In this document: positions 11,384-24,486 of the stretch, piece by piece
How positions within the stretch are numbered: position 1 is the first letter of the stretch
How the letters are laid out: the number at the start of each line of letters is the position of its first letter
Source: Mantamonas sphyraenae STR306
Taxonomy: Eukaryota > Protista > CRuMs
Direction: 5' to 3'
Length of the DNA: 64,000 bases
Assembly (NCBI GenBank): GCA_026936335.1
Contig: JAPMXV010000029.1
Location: forward strand, 620,001-684,000
The notes under the pieces: generated by a model
The model's input: only the letters and a program-made list of their open reading frames with translations
Databases searched by the model: none
What the model was told of the DNA's origin: nothing
Translations under genes and position numbers: made by a program

Positions 11384-14300
11384 TCACAGCGCTGTGCGCA
11401 GGTTGCCTGCTTCGTCCAGCTGCAGCAACTGAATGTTCTGCGCATCCCAGAACACGCCGAGGTAGCGAAGAATGAGGAACCAAGTGTACGGAACCAGAAA
11501 GTCGTGGGGTTTGGCTTCGGGTCCGTATGTGAAGGCGAGGAGCGGATACTCGACGAGGTCGGCGCTCGGAAAGTCGGGCGTCACTGAGGCGATCAAGTCC
11601 ATCACCGACTCCACAGTCATGGGATTGCCCTGCTCGGCGTGACGGTCAATGGCCGCAATGTAGAACTTGACAATGGTTTGCATGTTGGGCATGAGGTCTT
11701 GCTGGTGCGGCATGCTCGCGAGCTCCTGCACAAGCGATTCCTGTTGCATGAGTTCATACAGCAGCGTTGGATTCTTGGCCAGACGGTCCCCATGCAAGGC
11801 ACTGTTGAGCACCTCCACACACAATCGAAGCATGTCTGCACACATGGCCTCCTCCGGAAACATGGCCACTGGCGGCGGCGTCTCTGGCACTGGCGGTGGA
11901 CTGCTGCTCGACACTCCTGCTCCGCTTTGGCTGCTCTGTCCAGCCGAGATATCGTCCGTTGGCGCTGTTGACAGTGAGCCATTGCTGGCGTTGGAGCCGG
12001 AATCCTGGACGGCAGCAGTAGCCTCACCGGCCGACTCGTCCTGGTCTCCGCTGTCCTCCAAGTCCACGCTCATGTCAGCAGGTGGCGTTTCGTCGTCATC
12101 TTGTCCTTGTCCTTCTTCCGCGCCTTCGACTGCGGCGCCGCCTGCACCGCTCCCCGCGGAATCGCCTTCCGAACCGGTGGCACCCGGAGCCGGCTGGGCA
12201 TCGCCAGTGGACTGCACAGCCTGTGCGGGTGACGTGACGGGAGAGTTGGATGGCACAGAAGCTGGTGGGGTGGCGGAGGCTGGCATGGCTTCGATCATGA
12301 TGGGTTCACGCTGTTTGCCGTACTTCTTCTGCACCTTGAGGAATCGCTTGCGCAACATCTTGAGCAGGACGATGAGGCGCTGGGAGGCGTAGGGGTGCAG
12401 ATTGACAAAGTGTGCACTCATGTTGCCCAGCGCAGCCAGGGCGTTGGACTGCACGTACACGTCTTTGGAGCCCGACAGGTTCTGCAGGACCTGCTTGACC
12501 AGCACAACGACAAGCACACTCTGGAGAGAGATGTCGTACAGGACACGCTCTGTGATCCAGGGCACGGTATCCAGGGTGGCTTCCACAGTCATGGCGTTGA
12601 AATCGGCGTCGTTTGTGAGCAGCACAAAGTAGATCAGACTCATGTATGTCTGGTGGGACAGCATCTTGCCCCCATGGAGGGCCTCCATCATCTTGCCGAC
12701 CATCGACGCGCACCCTGGGTGGGCAACGACGTGGTCAAAGTACTGCGGGCAGTCGTACATCAGCGTGAAGCTCAGCAGATTGCTCACCTGCCCTGTGATG
12801 CGTGCATTGAGACTCTCAAACAGTTCGTTGAAGAACAAATGCTCCTGGTCTTCTTCTGTGGAGAGGTCTGTGGCGGTGACTGTGCGTGGTGGCGGAAAGA
12901 GGGTGAGTGATCCAGCGAGGCATTCTGAGCGTCAGAGAGTGAGGGGAGTGAGGAGACTGGAGAGACTACGTACACATGGACTTGAAGTTGCCCAGAGTGA
13001 CCAAGCTGCGGCGATAGGGATTGCGCTCGGTGGGATAGTTGTGTGCCAATGCAAGGAGAAGAAGAAGCGAGCGGTCGGCCAACGGTGTGCGCGATCGGCT
13101 GTCGTAGATGTTGTAGGAGAACGGGTGCACAACCGGCACAAACACATATCCGTCGGGAAAGTCGCCCGGATAAGGGCGGCCGTTCATGTAATTCTCCAAC
13201 AGTTGGCCGACAAATGCGACTGGATCCTCCGCATCTTCGATCATGGCGTCCATAAACAGATTGGGCCGAATACCCTGGGTATCTGTTGTGCCGACGTGGT
13301 TGCTGCTGCTGCTGCTGCTGCTGCCCTGTTCCTCGTCCGCTGCATCTGTAGTGTCCTCCTGTTCAATGTCAAACTCATCCGAAGCAAAGAGAGTGTTGCG
13401 TGATGTGATGGGCACGGAAAACATCTCCAAGGACAGAAGCGTAGCAATGAGTTCGACCACCATGCAGTGGATCTGATAGGTGTGGTCGCTGTGGTGATGG
13501 GTGTCAGCGCATGAACTCGAACGGTACAACCACGCTCAACCAATGCACAGCCCTTACTTCACAGGCACGTCCAGCTCAAAGTTGGTCAGTGTTTTGATGA
13601 GGGCAACGGCGAGGTCTTTTTCGTCTGCACGTGGGTGTGGGTGGGTGTTATTGGAGAGTCTTTCTGTGAGTGGGGGTGGGGGCACCTGACAAAGGCACAA
13701 TGGTGCCAACGTACTCGTGAGAAACGCCATTGGGCCTTCTTCTTGCTCTTGACCATGCTCTTGCTCCTCGTCGTTTGTGCTGAGGGTCGCTGCTTCCCTG
13801 TGTCTCGTCGGGAGTGGCGGCGGAAGTGGTTTGCCCGCCGTCCTCCGCACTTGCATCCCCTCCCTCGTCGTCTTTCGCGCTGTTCTGTGCAGACGAGGCA
13901 GCCGTGTTGTCCTTTTCAGGTGCTGATGCCGACGTCGACGTGCTCGTGCTGTCGTGCAAGGTGAAAAAGTCTTCCCGCAAAAGCGCTCCGTCCACATTCT
14001 GCACCGCAAGCCTGGCAAACACCTGCACCCAGAACAAAGCGCGCACCAGACGCTTCCCAAACAGCTCGGGCAAGGCAAAGTCTTCCAGAAAGTCGTTGGG
14101 GTCGTCCAGGAGGTCGTCAAGCACCGCGTCCTCAGGTGCGCTGTTCAACGCTTCGCTCTCCTCCTCCACAAACTGCACCGCTGCCTTGGTCGTTGTCTGC
14201 AACATGGCAATGGTCGTTACCACCAAGTGCTGGTAGTTCTGCGTCAGCGCATTGTTGGCCTCTGTGAAAGGTGTGCGTGAAGTTGGAAGATGAGGTGCGG

Positions 14301-14834
14301 GGAGGCAGGTGTCAACATGGCCGGTTTCCGAGTGAAATCTCTCCACCGCCCCGAATCCAGGGAGTCGCTGAGTTTTTGCTCGATGCGCGCCACAGGGCCT
14401 CTTAGGGCATGTGTGTCACATGAAGGCACTAAATCATCACGCGTGGGCGTGTGTTTTGCACCCGGGACCACGGGGGGTGCCTATTGGTGCTGTGTGACGT
14501 TCGACGCAGGGAGGAAATGTGCTTCTCGGCGGCGGCGATGACGCAACTCACCCAGATCTTTGAACCAGCGCGCCGTGGCCCATTCAAGCTCCTTCATTGT
14601 GGTGCTGTCACCCAGCAGGGCATATTTGGCCGCAAGGTCGCCCGTGTCCATGTTTACGTCCTTTGACGCAACATGACACACAGTGGGCAAGGCGCGCAAG
14701 TCGCCGTCCAAGAACGCGTCCCAGAACCCATGTTCGGTGTGCTCATGGCTATTTGTGCCCTTCAATTCTTGGATAAACTCCAGTAGGCGCTGCTGCTGCT
14801 CCAGTCCGGCGGTGGTGGACTGTTCCGATCCCAT
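11384..14834 (-). CDS. DYM: Dymeclin (Golgi-associated, N-terminal MG myristoylation-type start); multi-exon; apparent frameshift near 13795
   Basis: MGSEQS start; LADRSLLLLLALAH, NPYR, VPWITERVLYDISLQS, NALAALGNMSAHFVNLHPYASQRL, NPTLLYEL, FTYGPEAKPHDFLVPYTW. Confidence 0.88.
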
Positions 14835-14838
14835 CCTG

Positions 14839-17431
14839 TCACGCAAACTGTTGGCCGGCCGGTCGCAGTGATCCACGGCGGCTCTCGTCCAGAAAGGGCA
14901 CATAGCCACGCCTGGAAATGGCATCCATGTGGGCACGCACACGTGTGGCTGCCGTCCCACGGCTCTTGGCCAGGAACACCACAATCATGATGAGGATGAG
15001 GCACACCACAGCAATCGAGGCGATCAGCACCGCCTCCATCTCCTGCCTCTGCTTCTTCTCCTTCTCTGCGTCGCTTGTGGCCGTCACTGTGCCATCCACT
15101 GTGGTTGCGTCGCCTCCGTTGTTCAATCCTCCGCCATTGCCACCATCGTTGGGTTTGTTCGGGTCGTTGCCGCCGTGAATGATGGGCGTCGGCGACGCTG
15201 TGGGCGTTGGGGTGCTGTCTGGCGGCGGCGGCTTGAGCCCAGCGGTGAAGCAGTTGCTGCTTGTGCCAAAGTCAGCCACGTCGAACGCACAGCCGTTGCT
15301 GTTGGTGGTCGAAATGGCACAGGACGCTGTGATGTCCTTGCACGTGGACAGGCACAGTTTGTGGCTGTTGGCCTGGCTGGGCGTGCACTCGGGGAAGTGT
15401 TTGTAGCATACAAAGCGCTGAAAGGCACCCTTTGCGTTGGGATTGCTGTTGGAACACGTGTGGCCAAAGTACTCTGCAGAAGCGGCCGCATCCGCCGCAG
15501 CCACATCCACATTGGGCATGACATCGTAGTCGACGAGTCCATTGCAAAAGTGCATCTTGGACTCGTCTGGCTTGTGGCATGTGGGTACGGTGCGCAGGTG
15601 GCCGCATCGTCGCTCATGCCATCGCAATCGCTGCTGGATGTGCCGCACAGGCTGGCAATGCCCAGGCACTGGCTGCGACAAGGCTGCTGCATAACGGTGG
15701 CATTGAGCATGGGAGGGATGAAGGAGGAACAGTACAGCGAGCGATAGTAGTCAAAGCGGCATGTGAACCGCGAGCCAAGCTGCACTTGTTCGATGGCACT
15801 CTCGATGGCTGCAGAGTTGTCCACAGCGTCCGATCGCGACGTGTATGAGACCCACGGCTTGCAGATGCCTGTTGGGCTGGCTGCCTTGAGACCGGGTGCC
15901 GCAGACACAGGACCAAAATCCAGTGGCTGGCAGTCCGAACTGCCCTTGGGCGCAATCGACCCGACACTGTGCGCTGCACACAGATCGACGCTCATGATGC
16001 TTCCGCAGCGCTGAGCAAACGAAAGACACGAGTCAAAGCAAATTGGCTTCTCGTTGCAGTTGCCCAGCTGCAGGGCGCACAGCAGTCGTTTGGCTGCATC
16101 GGCACAGCCCGGAAGCAGCAGATTGGCGGTTGTGAACCAGCGTGCTGACGAGCTCTGTGTGTCCACATACTCGTTGGCCTCCTTGATGAGGAAGGACGAG
16201 GTGTTGTAAGGCAGCATGTTGCAGGTGCCATGCGGCGCAAAGCACGGCTTGGCCTCTGTGCTGTAGCTCACCTGTTGCCAGCGCTGGCCATCCACCGAGT
16301 TGGCCACTTTGTTGTCCACGTTGGATGTGGTCAAAAATGTGCCCTTGGCGCCGCCCGCAATGGCAATTTGGCCTCCAGCAAGCACCGTTGCGGCCGCATA
16401 GCCACGCGCTTCAAAGGCGTAGCCTGTGGCGGGGCTGTCGGCTGTGTTATTGTTGCGCAGCGCTGTCCATGTACTCCCGTCGCTGCTGACATGCACATCT
16501 GCAAACGGGCTGCCGTTTGCATCGACTCCACCAAACACAAACAGCTGGTTGCCGCGCACGACCATATTGTGTGCATGGCGGGCTGGGAACTTGGCCGAAG
16601 CCGTCTTTTGCCACGTGACTCCGTCGACAGTGTTCCACACATCGTCCAATGCCACCTCGTTGGCGGCCATTCCTCCGCTCACAAACAGTTTGCCTTGGAA
16701 CACAGCTGCTGCATGGCTGGATTGGGTGCAGGGACAGGATATCACACGCATGCGATCAACGATGTGGCATTTGCGTGGTCAGTGTCAACGTGTAAGCAAT
16801 GTGTGTCCCGCTGTGCGTGAGGCCGGATAGCCTGGGCTGCAAAAAACAAAGGATCTTCGAGAACTGACCCTCCTCGTGCTCCAAAGCCGGTGTTGCTGGT
16901 CAGCTGGGACCAAGAGGAACCGTCTGTGGAACGGTAGACATCAGAGACAAAGGTGCTTGCGTCCTGGGCTCCTGCCACGACGTAGAGTGCGTTGTTGAAG
17001 GCGGTGAGGGTGTGGCGAAAGCGAGCCGGCAACCCAGGGTTGCTCACGGGCGTCCACTGGAAGCGCATGGTGGGCTGAGTGATGGTGGCGCGAAACACGT
17101 CTGTTACAGGCTGGTTGGCCACCAATCCACCCGTAAGCACAACGCTGCTGCCCAACACAGCCGCCGCTGCAGCGAAGCGAGCCGAAAGGAAACTCTGCTG
17201 CGGAATGTACCAGTCCAGTGTGTGTGTGGCACACACAATGGATGCCGTAGGCCCTGCATTGCCATCCAGACCTCCAATTAGACACATGGCCGTGTTGCTG
17301 TCTACCTGCGTCACCACAGCACTCATGGCCTGTGGTTGAAGGTAGTGGGTGGACGTGTTGAACACGCCCGCCGCATGGGCAGAGGACACGCTCAGCAAAA
17401 GCACAGCCAACAAGGAAACAAGAGCATGCAT
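14839..17431 (-). CDS. Type I membrane protein: signal peptide, Kelch-like beta-propeller, three Frizzled-like cysteine-rich domains, PT-rich stalk, TM helix, short tail; 1 intron (16868-16717); frameshift near 15585
   Basis: MHALVSLLAVLLLSVSSAHA signal. Repeats of R..H....F...L.V.GG....DV..S.DG..W. Three C..L.C....P/G.C....C...C......C units. TM AVLIASIAVVCLILIMIVVFLA. Confidence 0.75.
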
Positions 17432-17565
17432 GCCTGTTCCTCCAGTCGCTGAAATTCGATGATGCATGCGGTGGGAAAGGAAAAGTGTGGGTACGAGCCC
17501 GCACTGCTGTTCATTCGCCGTGCCCGTGCTGTGCAACCACCGGGGCTCACCGCTCACCTCACCTC

Positions 17566-20500
17566 TCACAGCACAATAGACTGCAGCGAGTCTGGGATGG
17601 CTTGGATGAGCACCTCCCAGTCCAGCAAATCGAGACGGGAGTGAAACTTTGCAAACGGCTCCACGTATCTGGGGTCGTACTGCCGCTTCTGCACATGCGA
17701 CAGCTCGCCCTGGCTGTCCACTAGGTCTGCAAACTGGGAGAGGACGGCGTTGGGGACAGAGGAGGGCTCAAACTCGTCGGGTTGGAATTTGACCAACAGC
17801 TGGTGGATGTGGGCAACACTGAGGTCTGGACAAACCTCTGCACGCACAGCGTCGTCCACAAGTTCCTGCTTGGGGATGGACAGAATGTCGGCCGCCTGGC
17901 GGATGTGCACGAGCTGGCGACTCCAGCGGCGGATCGGGAACGGGTGGGAGGAGATGGAACCTGTGCTGACATCCACGTGCATGGCCTGCACGTCGACGTG
18001 AGCCGTGTGAATGTCACCGCCACTGCTTCCACTGCTTCCACTGCTGCCGCTGCTGCCGCTGCTGCCGGGTGAGGTCGAGTCATCGACGACGGCGGTGGTT
18101 GATGTTTGTCGGCTGGCCTCCTGCTCGACCCAGTCTTCCAGGGAGTTGATGGCCATCTTGATTGCGAGGCCGTTGCTAAATGTACACAGGGTGCTGTTGC
18201 GCAACAGTTGGTCAAAGAGAAAGACGCCGATGAAGCGGAATACGTGGGACATGATCCTCACCGGCACGTCCGTGACCATATTGACGGCGCTGTTGATATT
18301 GCGGCCGTCGCGCAAGAGACTGGTCCAGTGGCTACCAAGTGTAGCTTTCACCTTGGCCAAGGCACGTGTGCTGGCTTCAGCACTGGCGGCGGCCGATGAC
18401 GAGTCGTCGGCCAGTGCCATGGGTGATGGTCGTTTGAGAAAGGCAGACACCAGCGACGGTTCCAGATCGTCGCAGATGGTTTGCACCGTGGACTTGAAAT
18501 GTTGATGCATGCAATCAAGGCAGGCGTCTTCAAACTCTTGCACGTACGATTCCGCCAGATTGTACTTGCGCACCTGGGAGTGCACAAGGTGCTGCAGCAC
18601 ACACAGGTTCTCAAGCCAGAACAACTCCTCGTCTGTGGACTGCGCACGCTCAAACTGATTCTGGAAGCAGGCAACGACCTCCTGCAGGAACGGGGCGCCG
18701 TACTTTTCCCCGACATGCAGCGTGTCCCATTTCACAATGCACTTGTACAACACACAAGCAGACATAAAGTCTTCCATCTGTCCACCTGCGTCGTCCTCCT
18801 CGGCGCTGTTTTGTGTGTCGTCGACGCCTGCATCTCCTGTGCGGTCGAGCAGGATGGAGCTGCTCAAGTCTCGCCAGGTGTGCCAATGTGTTTCAAACAG
18901 GGTGTTCAGCACTGTTATGGCTTGTTCCTCGCGGCTCATGGTGCCTGCGCTGTCTGTGCTGTTCATGCGTTCGCCGATACTGTTCAGATGCTGCTCGAGC
19001 AGTCCCTTTCGCTGGTTCTCCTTGCCGTGTGTGCTCCCTGTGCTGCTACTTGTGCGCAAGGCAATGGAGAGGTTGTCCACGCTGCGACTATGGCGATATG
19101 GGTCGTCGTCATCGTCAGCACCGTCACCACCCACGTCGTCGCCGTGAAGGTTGTCCTCAGTGCCACCCCTCTGGTCATTGATGCGCAAAGGGGACGAAAG
19201 GCGCGCAGAGCCAGCCTCGGCGCCCGATGTGTCGTCCAGAGTGTCGGCAAACATTTGTGCATAGCTGCCGGGCGAGTCCGAGTCCTTGGGTTCCAACTTG
19301 GCGCCGCCGCCGCCATTGCGCCGTTGTACGGGTGTGCTCGTGTGCATGGCCGACCGTGTGCTGTCCATACGGTTAAAAGGGACGACGGGGGGACGAGCAC
19401 CCACCGTGCTGGAGCGTCGGCGCGTTTTGGTGTTGCGCGCTGCCCCGTGCTGAGGGGAAGCAAATAGAGCGCGGTTTGTCTGTGCCATTGCGTTGCCTTG
19501 GGTCGTGTCTGCAGGAGGAGCAGCGGAGGTGGTGATCGAGGGCGACATGAGCATGCTGTACTCATCCTGGGCTCCTTGTGGCTGACGAGCGGTGCTGCGT
19601 GACTGTTTCTTGGTGGATTTCTCCGCAGAGAACATGGATGTGAAAGATTGCTGCTTGCCCAGAGAGCGCAGACCTGGCGCTGAGCCGGGAGGAGGTGAGA
19701 ACATGCCAATGGCAGACACAGAGCGGTCGTCGTGGCCGACCACAGTGGACATGGAGTTGCTGACGTCGCTCAGGTTGGTGCCAACCGAGATCTGGGACAA
19801 GTTGATGCTCTGGTAGGTCTGTTCTGCCGGTTCTTGGCCATCTGTGGCTGTGGTGGCGGAGTGGGTTTTGTTCTTGGCGGATGTGACGTCGGAAGAGCCC
19901 GGCCCCGACGTGCCGTCGTCTGCCCCTGGGGAAAAAGAGGTTTCCACATCAACGTCGTTGTCCATGGCGTCATTAGAGATGGCTGACACCCTGCTGATAT
20001 CTGCAGATACATCGTCAGAGTCAAGGAGCTCGGCTGAGGGTGAATGTGACGTGGTCGTCGTCGTCGTCGTCGTGCTACTGTGTGCACTTTCTGTGTCATG
20101 CTGAGAGATTTGGTCGCGCAGCTGTGCGTGGAGGGAAGACGTCGGCTGCACAGCGAGAGAAGCTCGAATTGGGCTGCTGGTCTGGCCTTGGCCGCCGGAA
20201 AAGGTGCTGCTGCTGCTGCCAGAGCTGACACCCGTGGTGGATGGGCTCGCTGTTTTGGCATCCAGAGTCTTTGCCCGACGGCGGGAGGAGCTGGAGATGG
20301 GCGAGGAGGGCTTGCTACGCCCGCGGTTGCGTTCTTGAAGTTCGGTCTGCAGCTTTGCATCGCTGAACACAGGCTCCAGGCACAGCTGAAGCAACATGGG
20401 AGACGCAAACCGAGATGAAAGGGTCCAAAAGAAGAGGGGAAGGCACACGGGTGAGCACAATGGGAGGATGGAGCTCCGTGGTGGAAGGGAGGAGGTGGGG

Positions 20501-20930
20501 GGGGAAGTTGGCGCCTTGGATGCGCGCGCACACTTACGCGAAGCTCCAATACAAAGCCGCCATCGGCGTCGACGGTGCAAGAGACCTGGGTTGGTCGAGT
20601 GACAAGGGCATACTCGGCGAGGTCGATTGAGCACTTGCCGACGGTCTCCTTGCCCTTGCGATTGTCCTTGTCCTGATGCAACGTCAGCGAGAGCGATTTG
20701 GGCTCAAACTTGAGGCCTTCCTCATCCAGAAAGAGGGTGCAGCTGACGTTAATCATCTCCTGCCAGGAGGCAGAGCCGCTGGAGGAGTATGCCTTCTTGG
20801 TGGTTCCAGAGCGGCTGCCGCGTTTCCACTGCAGCCAGAGCAGGCGGTTGTCCTCGCGACAGCCGGTTAGATCAAGGACCTTGCACTGGAAGGTGGCCTT
20901 GACCTGCTTTAGGCCGCGATGTTTAAACAT
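17566..20930 (-). CDS. NT-type C2 domain (EEIG1/EHBP1-like) + long low-complexity linker + C-terminal Dilute (DIL) domain; 1 intron (20537-20386)
   Basis: LWLQWKRGS...SCTLF...FEPKSLSLTL...VGKCSIDLAEYA (NT-C2). FDQLLRNSTLCTFSNGLAIKMAINSLEDW...HIRQAADIL...CPDLSVAHIHQLLVKFQPDEF (DIL). Confidence 0.85.
18020..18068. repeat. Degenerate 9-bp tandem repeat encoding a (GSS)n insertion inside the DIL domain
   Basis: ccactgctt/ccgctgctg units, about 5 copies; translates as GSSGSSGSSGSSGG on the minus strand. Confidence 0.8.
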
Positions 20931-21035
20931 GGAGGCAGAAACAGCACAGCTGTGGAGACGTGATGCGGAAGGGAAAGGTGGTTGTGGGTTGGAATGAGAG
21001 CGCTGGGGGCGCCAACGCAGCAGCTCGGGAAAGGG

Positions 21036-23842
21036 ATGGACGCGGACAAGCTGTTGGCAGAAGTGGTGGCGCTGACCAAGACAGCCAACCGGCTCAAGGC
21101 GAACGATCTGGTGTATTACAACACATATGACCACTTCCAAGAGGCCATGAAAAGCAACTCGAGCGAGGTGCTGGAGACGGTGCGGCGTCTGTTGACGCGC
21201 ATGAACGAGGTGCCGTCGCTGTCGTCCAGCAGCCAGGGGACGCTGGAAACACGCAGGGTGCCCACACTGGACGACGCAGACGACTTTCTGGACGAAGCCG
21301 AGGCGTTTTCAAAGATTGTGGACCATCTGCTGTCCAACGTGGTAAGTTTGTGGGCCGTGCGGGGTGAAGGGCACACACACTCTGTGCAGACGCTGACACA
21401 AAGCACGGGACGTGGTCACAGGATGCGCTGTTGGACACGGCGACAGGAATGGATAGCCACACCAATGTGGTGGTCAAGGATGTCGGAGTCAGGGTACGTG
21501 GACACATAGGGGCAGGCCAAAAGAGAGAGTGGGTCATGCGCGGACAATGGGACAAGATCACAACCTCACACGGACGGCCCCGGGGGTCCACACACACACT
21601 TGCACACACGCACGCGGATGCACAGGATAAGCGAGGAGGCAAGTCGAGCATGAAGGTATTCCACGCAAAGAACATCCCGCGTCCGCAGCTGCAGTTTGGG
21701 GAAGAGGTGGACAACAGCAACAGCGCATTCGTGCCCAAGGTGCCTGTGGAGTGGACAGAACGGACAAACGAGGATGGAACGGTGGTGCGCGAGTACAAGC
21801 ACCCCGTTCAGGATGCTGTGGACTTGTTGGATGCCCAACTGGAAGGCAAGGAGGACAACGCAGCTGCCGAGGCCGGGCAGCTCTATCTGCCTCAGCATCT
21901 GACACGGAACAAGGAGCAGCTGTACAAGGAACTGAACGACACAAAGTTGACATGGGTGGACACGCGCAGCGGGTTGGAGAGCATGTTGGACGAGCTGCAG
22001 GGATGCAGCGAGGTGGCAGTGGACCTTGAACACCACTCGCACAGGTCGTTCCAGGGATTCCTGTGTCTCATGCAGGTCTCCAACCGTGACCAAGACTGGA
22101 TTGTGGACACAATTGCACTACGCGAAGACATGGAGTTGCTGCGCGGGCTGTTTCTGGACGCCAACGTGTGCAAGGTGTTCCACGGAGCGGACATGGACAT
22201 CCAATGGCTGCAGCGCGACTTTGGCCTGTACATTGTGAACCTATTTGACACAGGACAAGCTGCACGCGTGCTGAATTACCAGAAGAAATCGCTTGCGTAC
22301 GCCCTGAAGTTCCTGTGTGACGTGGACGCAGACAAGAAGTACCAGCTGGCAGACTGGCGCATCCGACCGATTCCGGAGGAGATGATGCGCTATGCGCGTG
22401 AGGACACGCACTACCTGTTGTACATGTACGACCGCATGAAGAACGAGCTGCTGGACAGGTCGGACGAGCACGGCAACCTGCTCAAGGCTGTGCTTCGTCG
22501 GTCGAACCAGCTGTGCCTTATCCGCTACGAAAAGGAGCTGTATACGCCGCAGGCTCACATGAAGATGTACCAGCGCAGCAGTGTGCGACTGGATGACTCG
22601 CAGATGCGCGTGTTGGCGGCCGTGTATGCATGGCGGGACACTGTGGCGCGAGAGGAGGATGAGGGCACCGGGTATGTTTTGCCCAACTACATGCTGCTGA
22701 AGATTGCTCAGCTGAAGCCCACAGACGACCAGGGCCTTCTGGCGTGCTGCACGCCCGTGCCACCGCTGGTGCGCATGTTCTCACGCGACATTCTGCAGCT
22801 GATCAAGGAAGCTGTGGCTGAGGGTGGCGAGACTGAGAGTGTGCCCAGCACACCCAAGATGTTTCAACAACTGGTACGCAAGCGAACGTTGCAGAGTGCA
22901 AGTGCGGGCAAGCCGGCTGTGAACGGAGACGGCGCAAACGTGGTCACACAAAGCAAGCTGAACGCCCTTGGCTGGACCAAAGATGCCGCTGGTGGAGGCG
23001 AGGCCATGGATGAGGAGCAGGAGCGTGGTGGTGGTGGTGAAGACGAGGTGCGCAAACTGTCCTTTGGATCGACTCCGGGGCGGTCGGTAAGCATGGCACG
23101 GCGAAAGGGCAGCTCTGGTCTGGCCAGCTCGATGGCACGCAAACGCGCAGCCCTGTCCACGGATTCAGACAGCGGCATGCACGAAGAAGAAGAGAAGCTT
23201 GCGTCGAGAGCAGCCAAGGTCCGATCTGGTTTTGCAGCGAAGCTGGCGGCACAAGATGGCCTTCTGGGCAGCCAAACGACGACGCAGGACAGTGCGTCGC
23301 GGAAACGGCCGCGAGAAGAGATGGAGTCGCCAGCAAAGGTGCCGGAAAGCTTTGAGGAGGTGTATCAGCTCAGCAGCATGGCCAAGGAAGAGCGTCAGAA
23401 ACAAAAGGAGGCTGGAGAGGGAGGCGACAGGTCGAGCAAGGGTGTAGGAGGTGGAGAGCCCGACAGCAAGAGGTCACGCGTGGACAGCGAACAATTCATG
23501 AGCATGGTGGGCTGGAAGGAGTCTGTGGACAAGGAGCGAAAGGCAGCCAAGCGGACAACCAAAGAGTGGAAGGAGTTTGAGGCAAAGGACTATCGGGACC
23601 AGGCAGCGCGCAAGCGCGCATCGTCTTCTTCGTCATCGTCATCTCGGGAGAAGCGAGAGTACTTTGACCCTCATGGGACAGGAGGAGGGCGAGGACGCGG
23701 ACGAGGACGAGGACGGGGCGGTGGGGGCAGAGGCGGAGGACGCAACGAAAAGAAGGGCAGCCACAGCAACGAACGCAAGCACAAACCATTGGGACGTGGC
23801 ATTCGTCGCAACGACCGCACAGTGGTTGGCAAGCGTCGGTGA
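21036..23842 (+). CDS. RRP6: Exosome-associated 3'-5' exonuclease RRP6/EXOSC10; 2 introns near 21342-21421 and 21494-21625
   Basis: NIPRPQLQF..VDNS; DEDD exonuclease EVAVDLEHHSHRSFQGFLCLMQVS, DKKYQLADWRIRP, YAREDTHYLLY; HRDC WRDTVAREEDEGTGYVLPN; RG-rich tail. Confidence 0.96.
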
Positions 23843-23921
23843 GGGGTGGAGGTTCCGTGCGAGACCGCATCAAAACAAAAACCCACCCGTTCCCACTGCT
23901 TGAAGAGGCAACACACGCACG

Positions 23922-24452
23922 ATGGCCGCTCGAGGACGTGGATTGGTTGGTATTTTGCTAGCGTTGATCATCAACGTGGCAGCATTGGCGACAGCGACGC
24001 TGCAGCTCTTTTTCAACATCTCGTTCATTGCCGCGTCTCTAAATCAGTACTTTCCCAACACAATCGACATATCTATAGTGTTGAACACAATCAACGAGGC
24101 CATCAATCAGATTCCTGCAATCAAGTACGTCTTTGCGGTGGCGCGTGTGGGCCGTTTGCCCAGAAAGGGCAATGCCTCACGACGTTTGGGCGCCCTTTCA
24201 AAAAACACGTCACTAACGTCGACATGCACATGCACACGCTTTCGTCCCTGGTCCTGCTACTGGCGTTCTGCTTTTGCACAGTGTGGTGATTCCCTTTGAG
24301 TTTACAGTGCCCTTTGCAGAACTGGTGGCCTCGGTGCTCAGGTGAGTTTGCGTGCCAAAACGGGCCATCAGCCGTTTCGCGGCAAAAGTCAAAAACGGCG
24401 CCCGCTGACACCACCGCCCTCCGGGCCACTGTCCACGTTCCCGTGTGGATCC

Positions 24453-24486
<34 letters not shown>

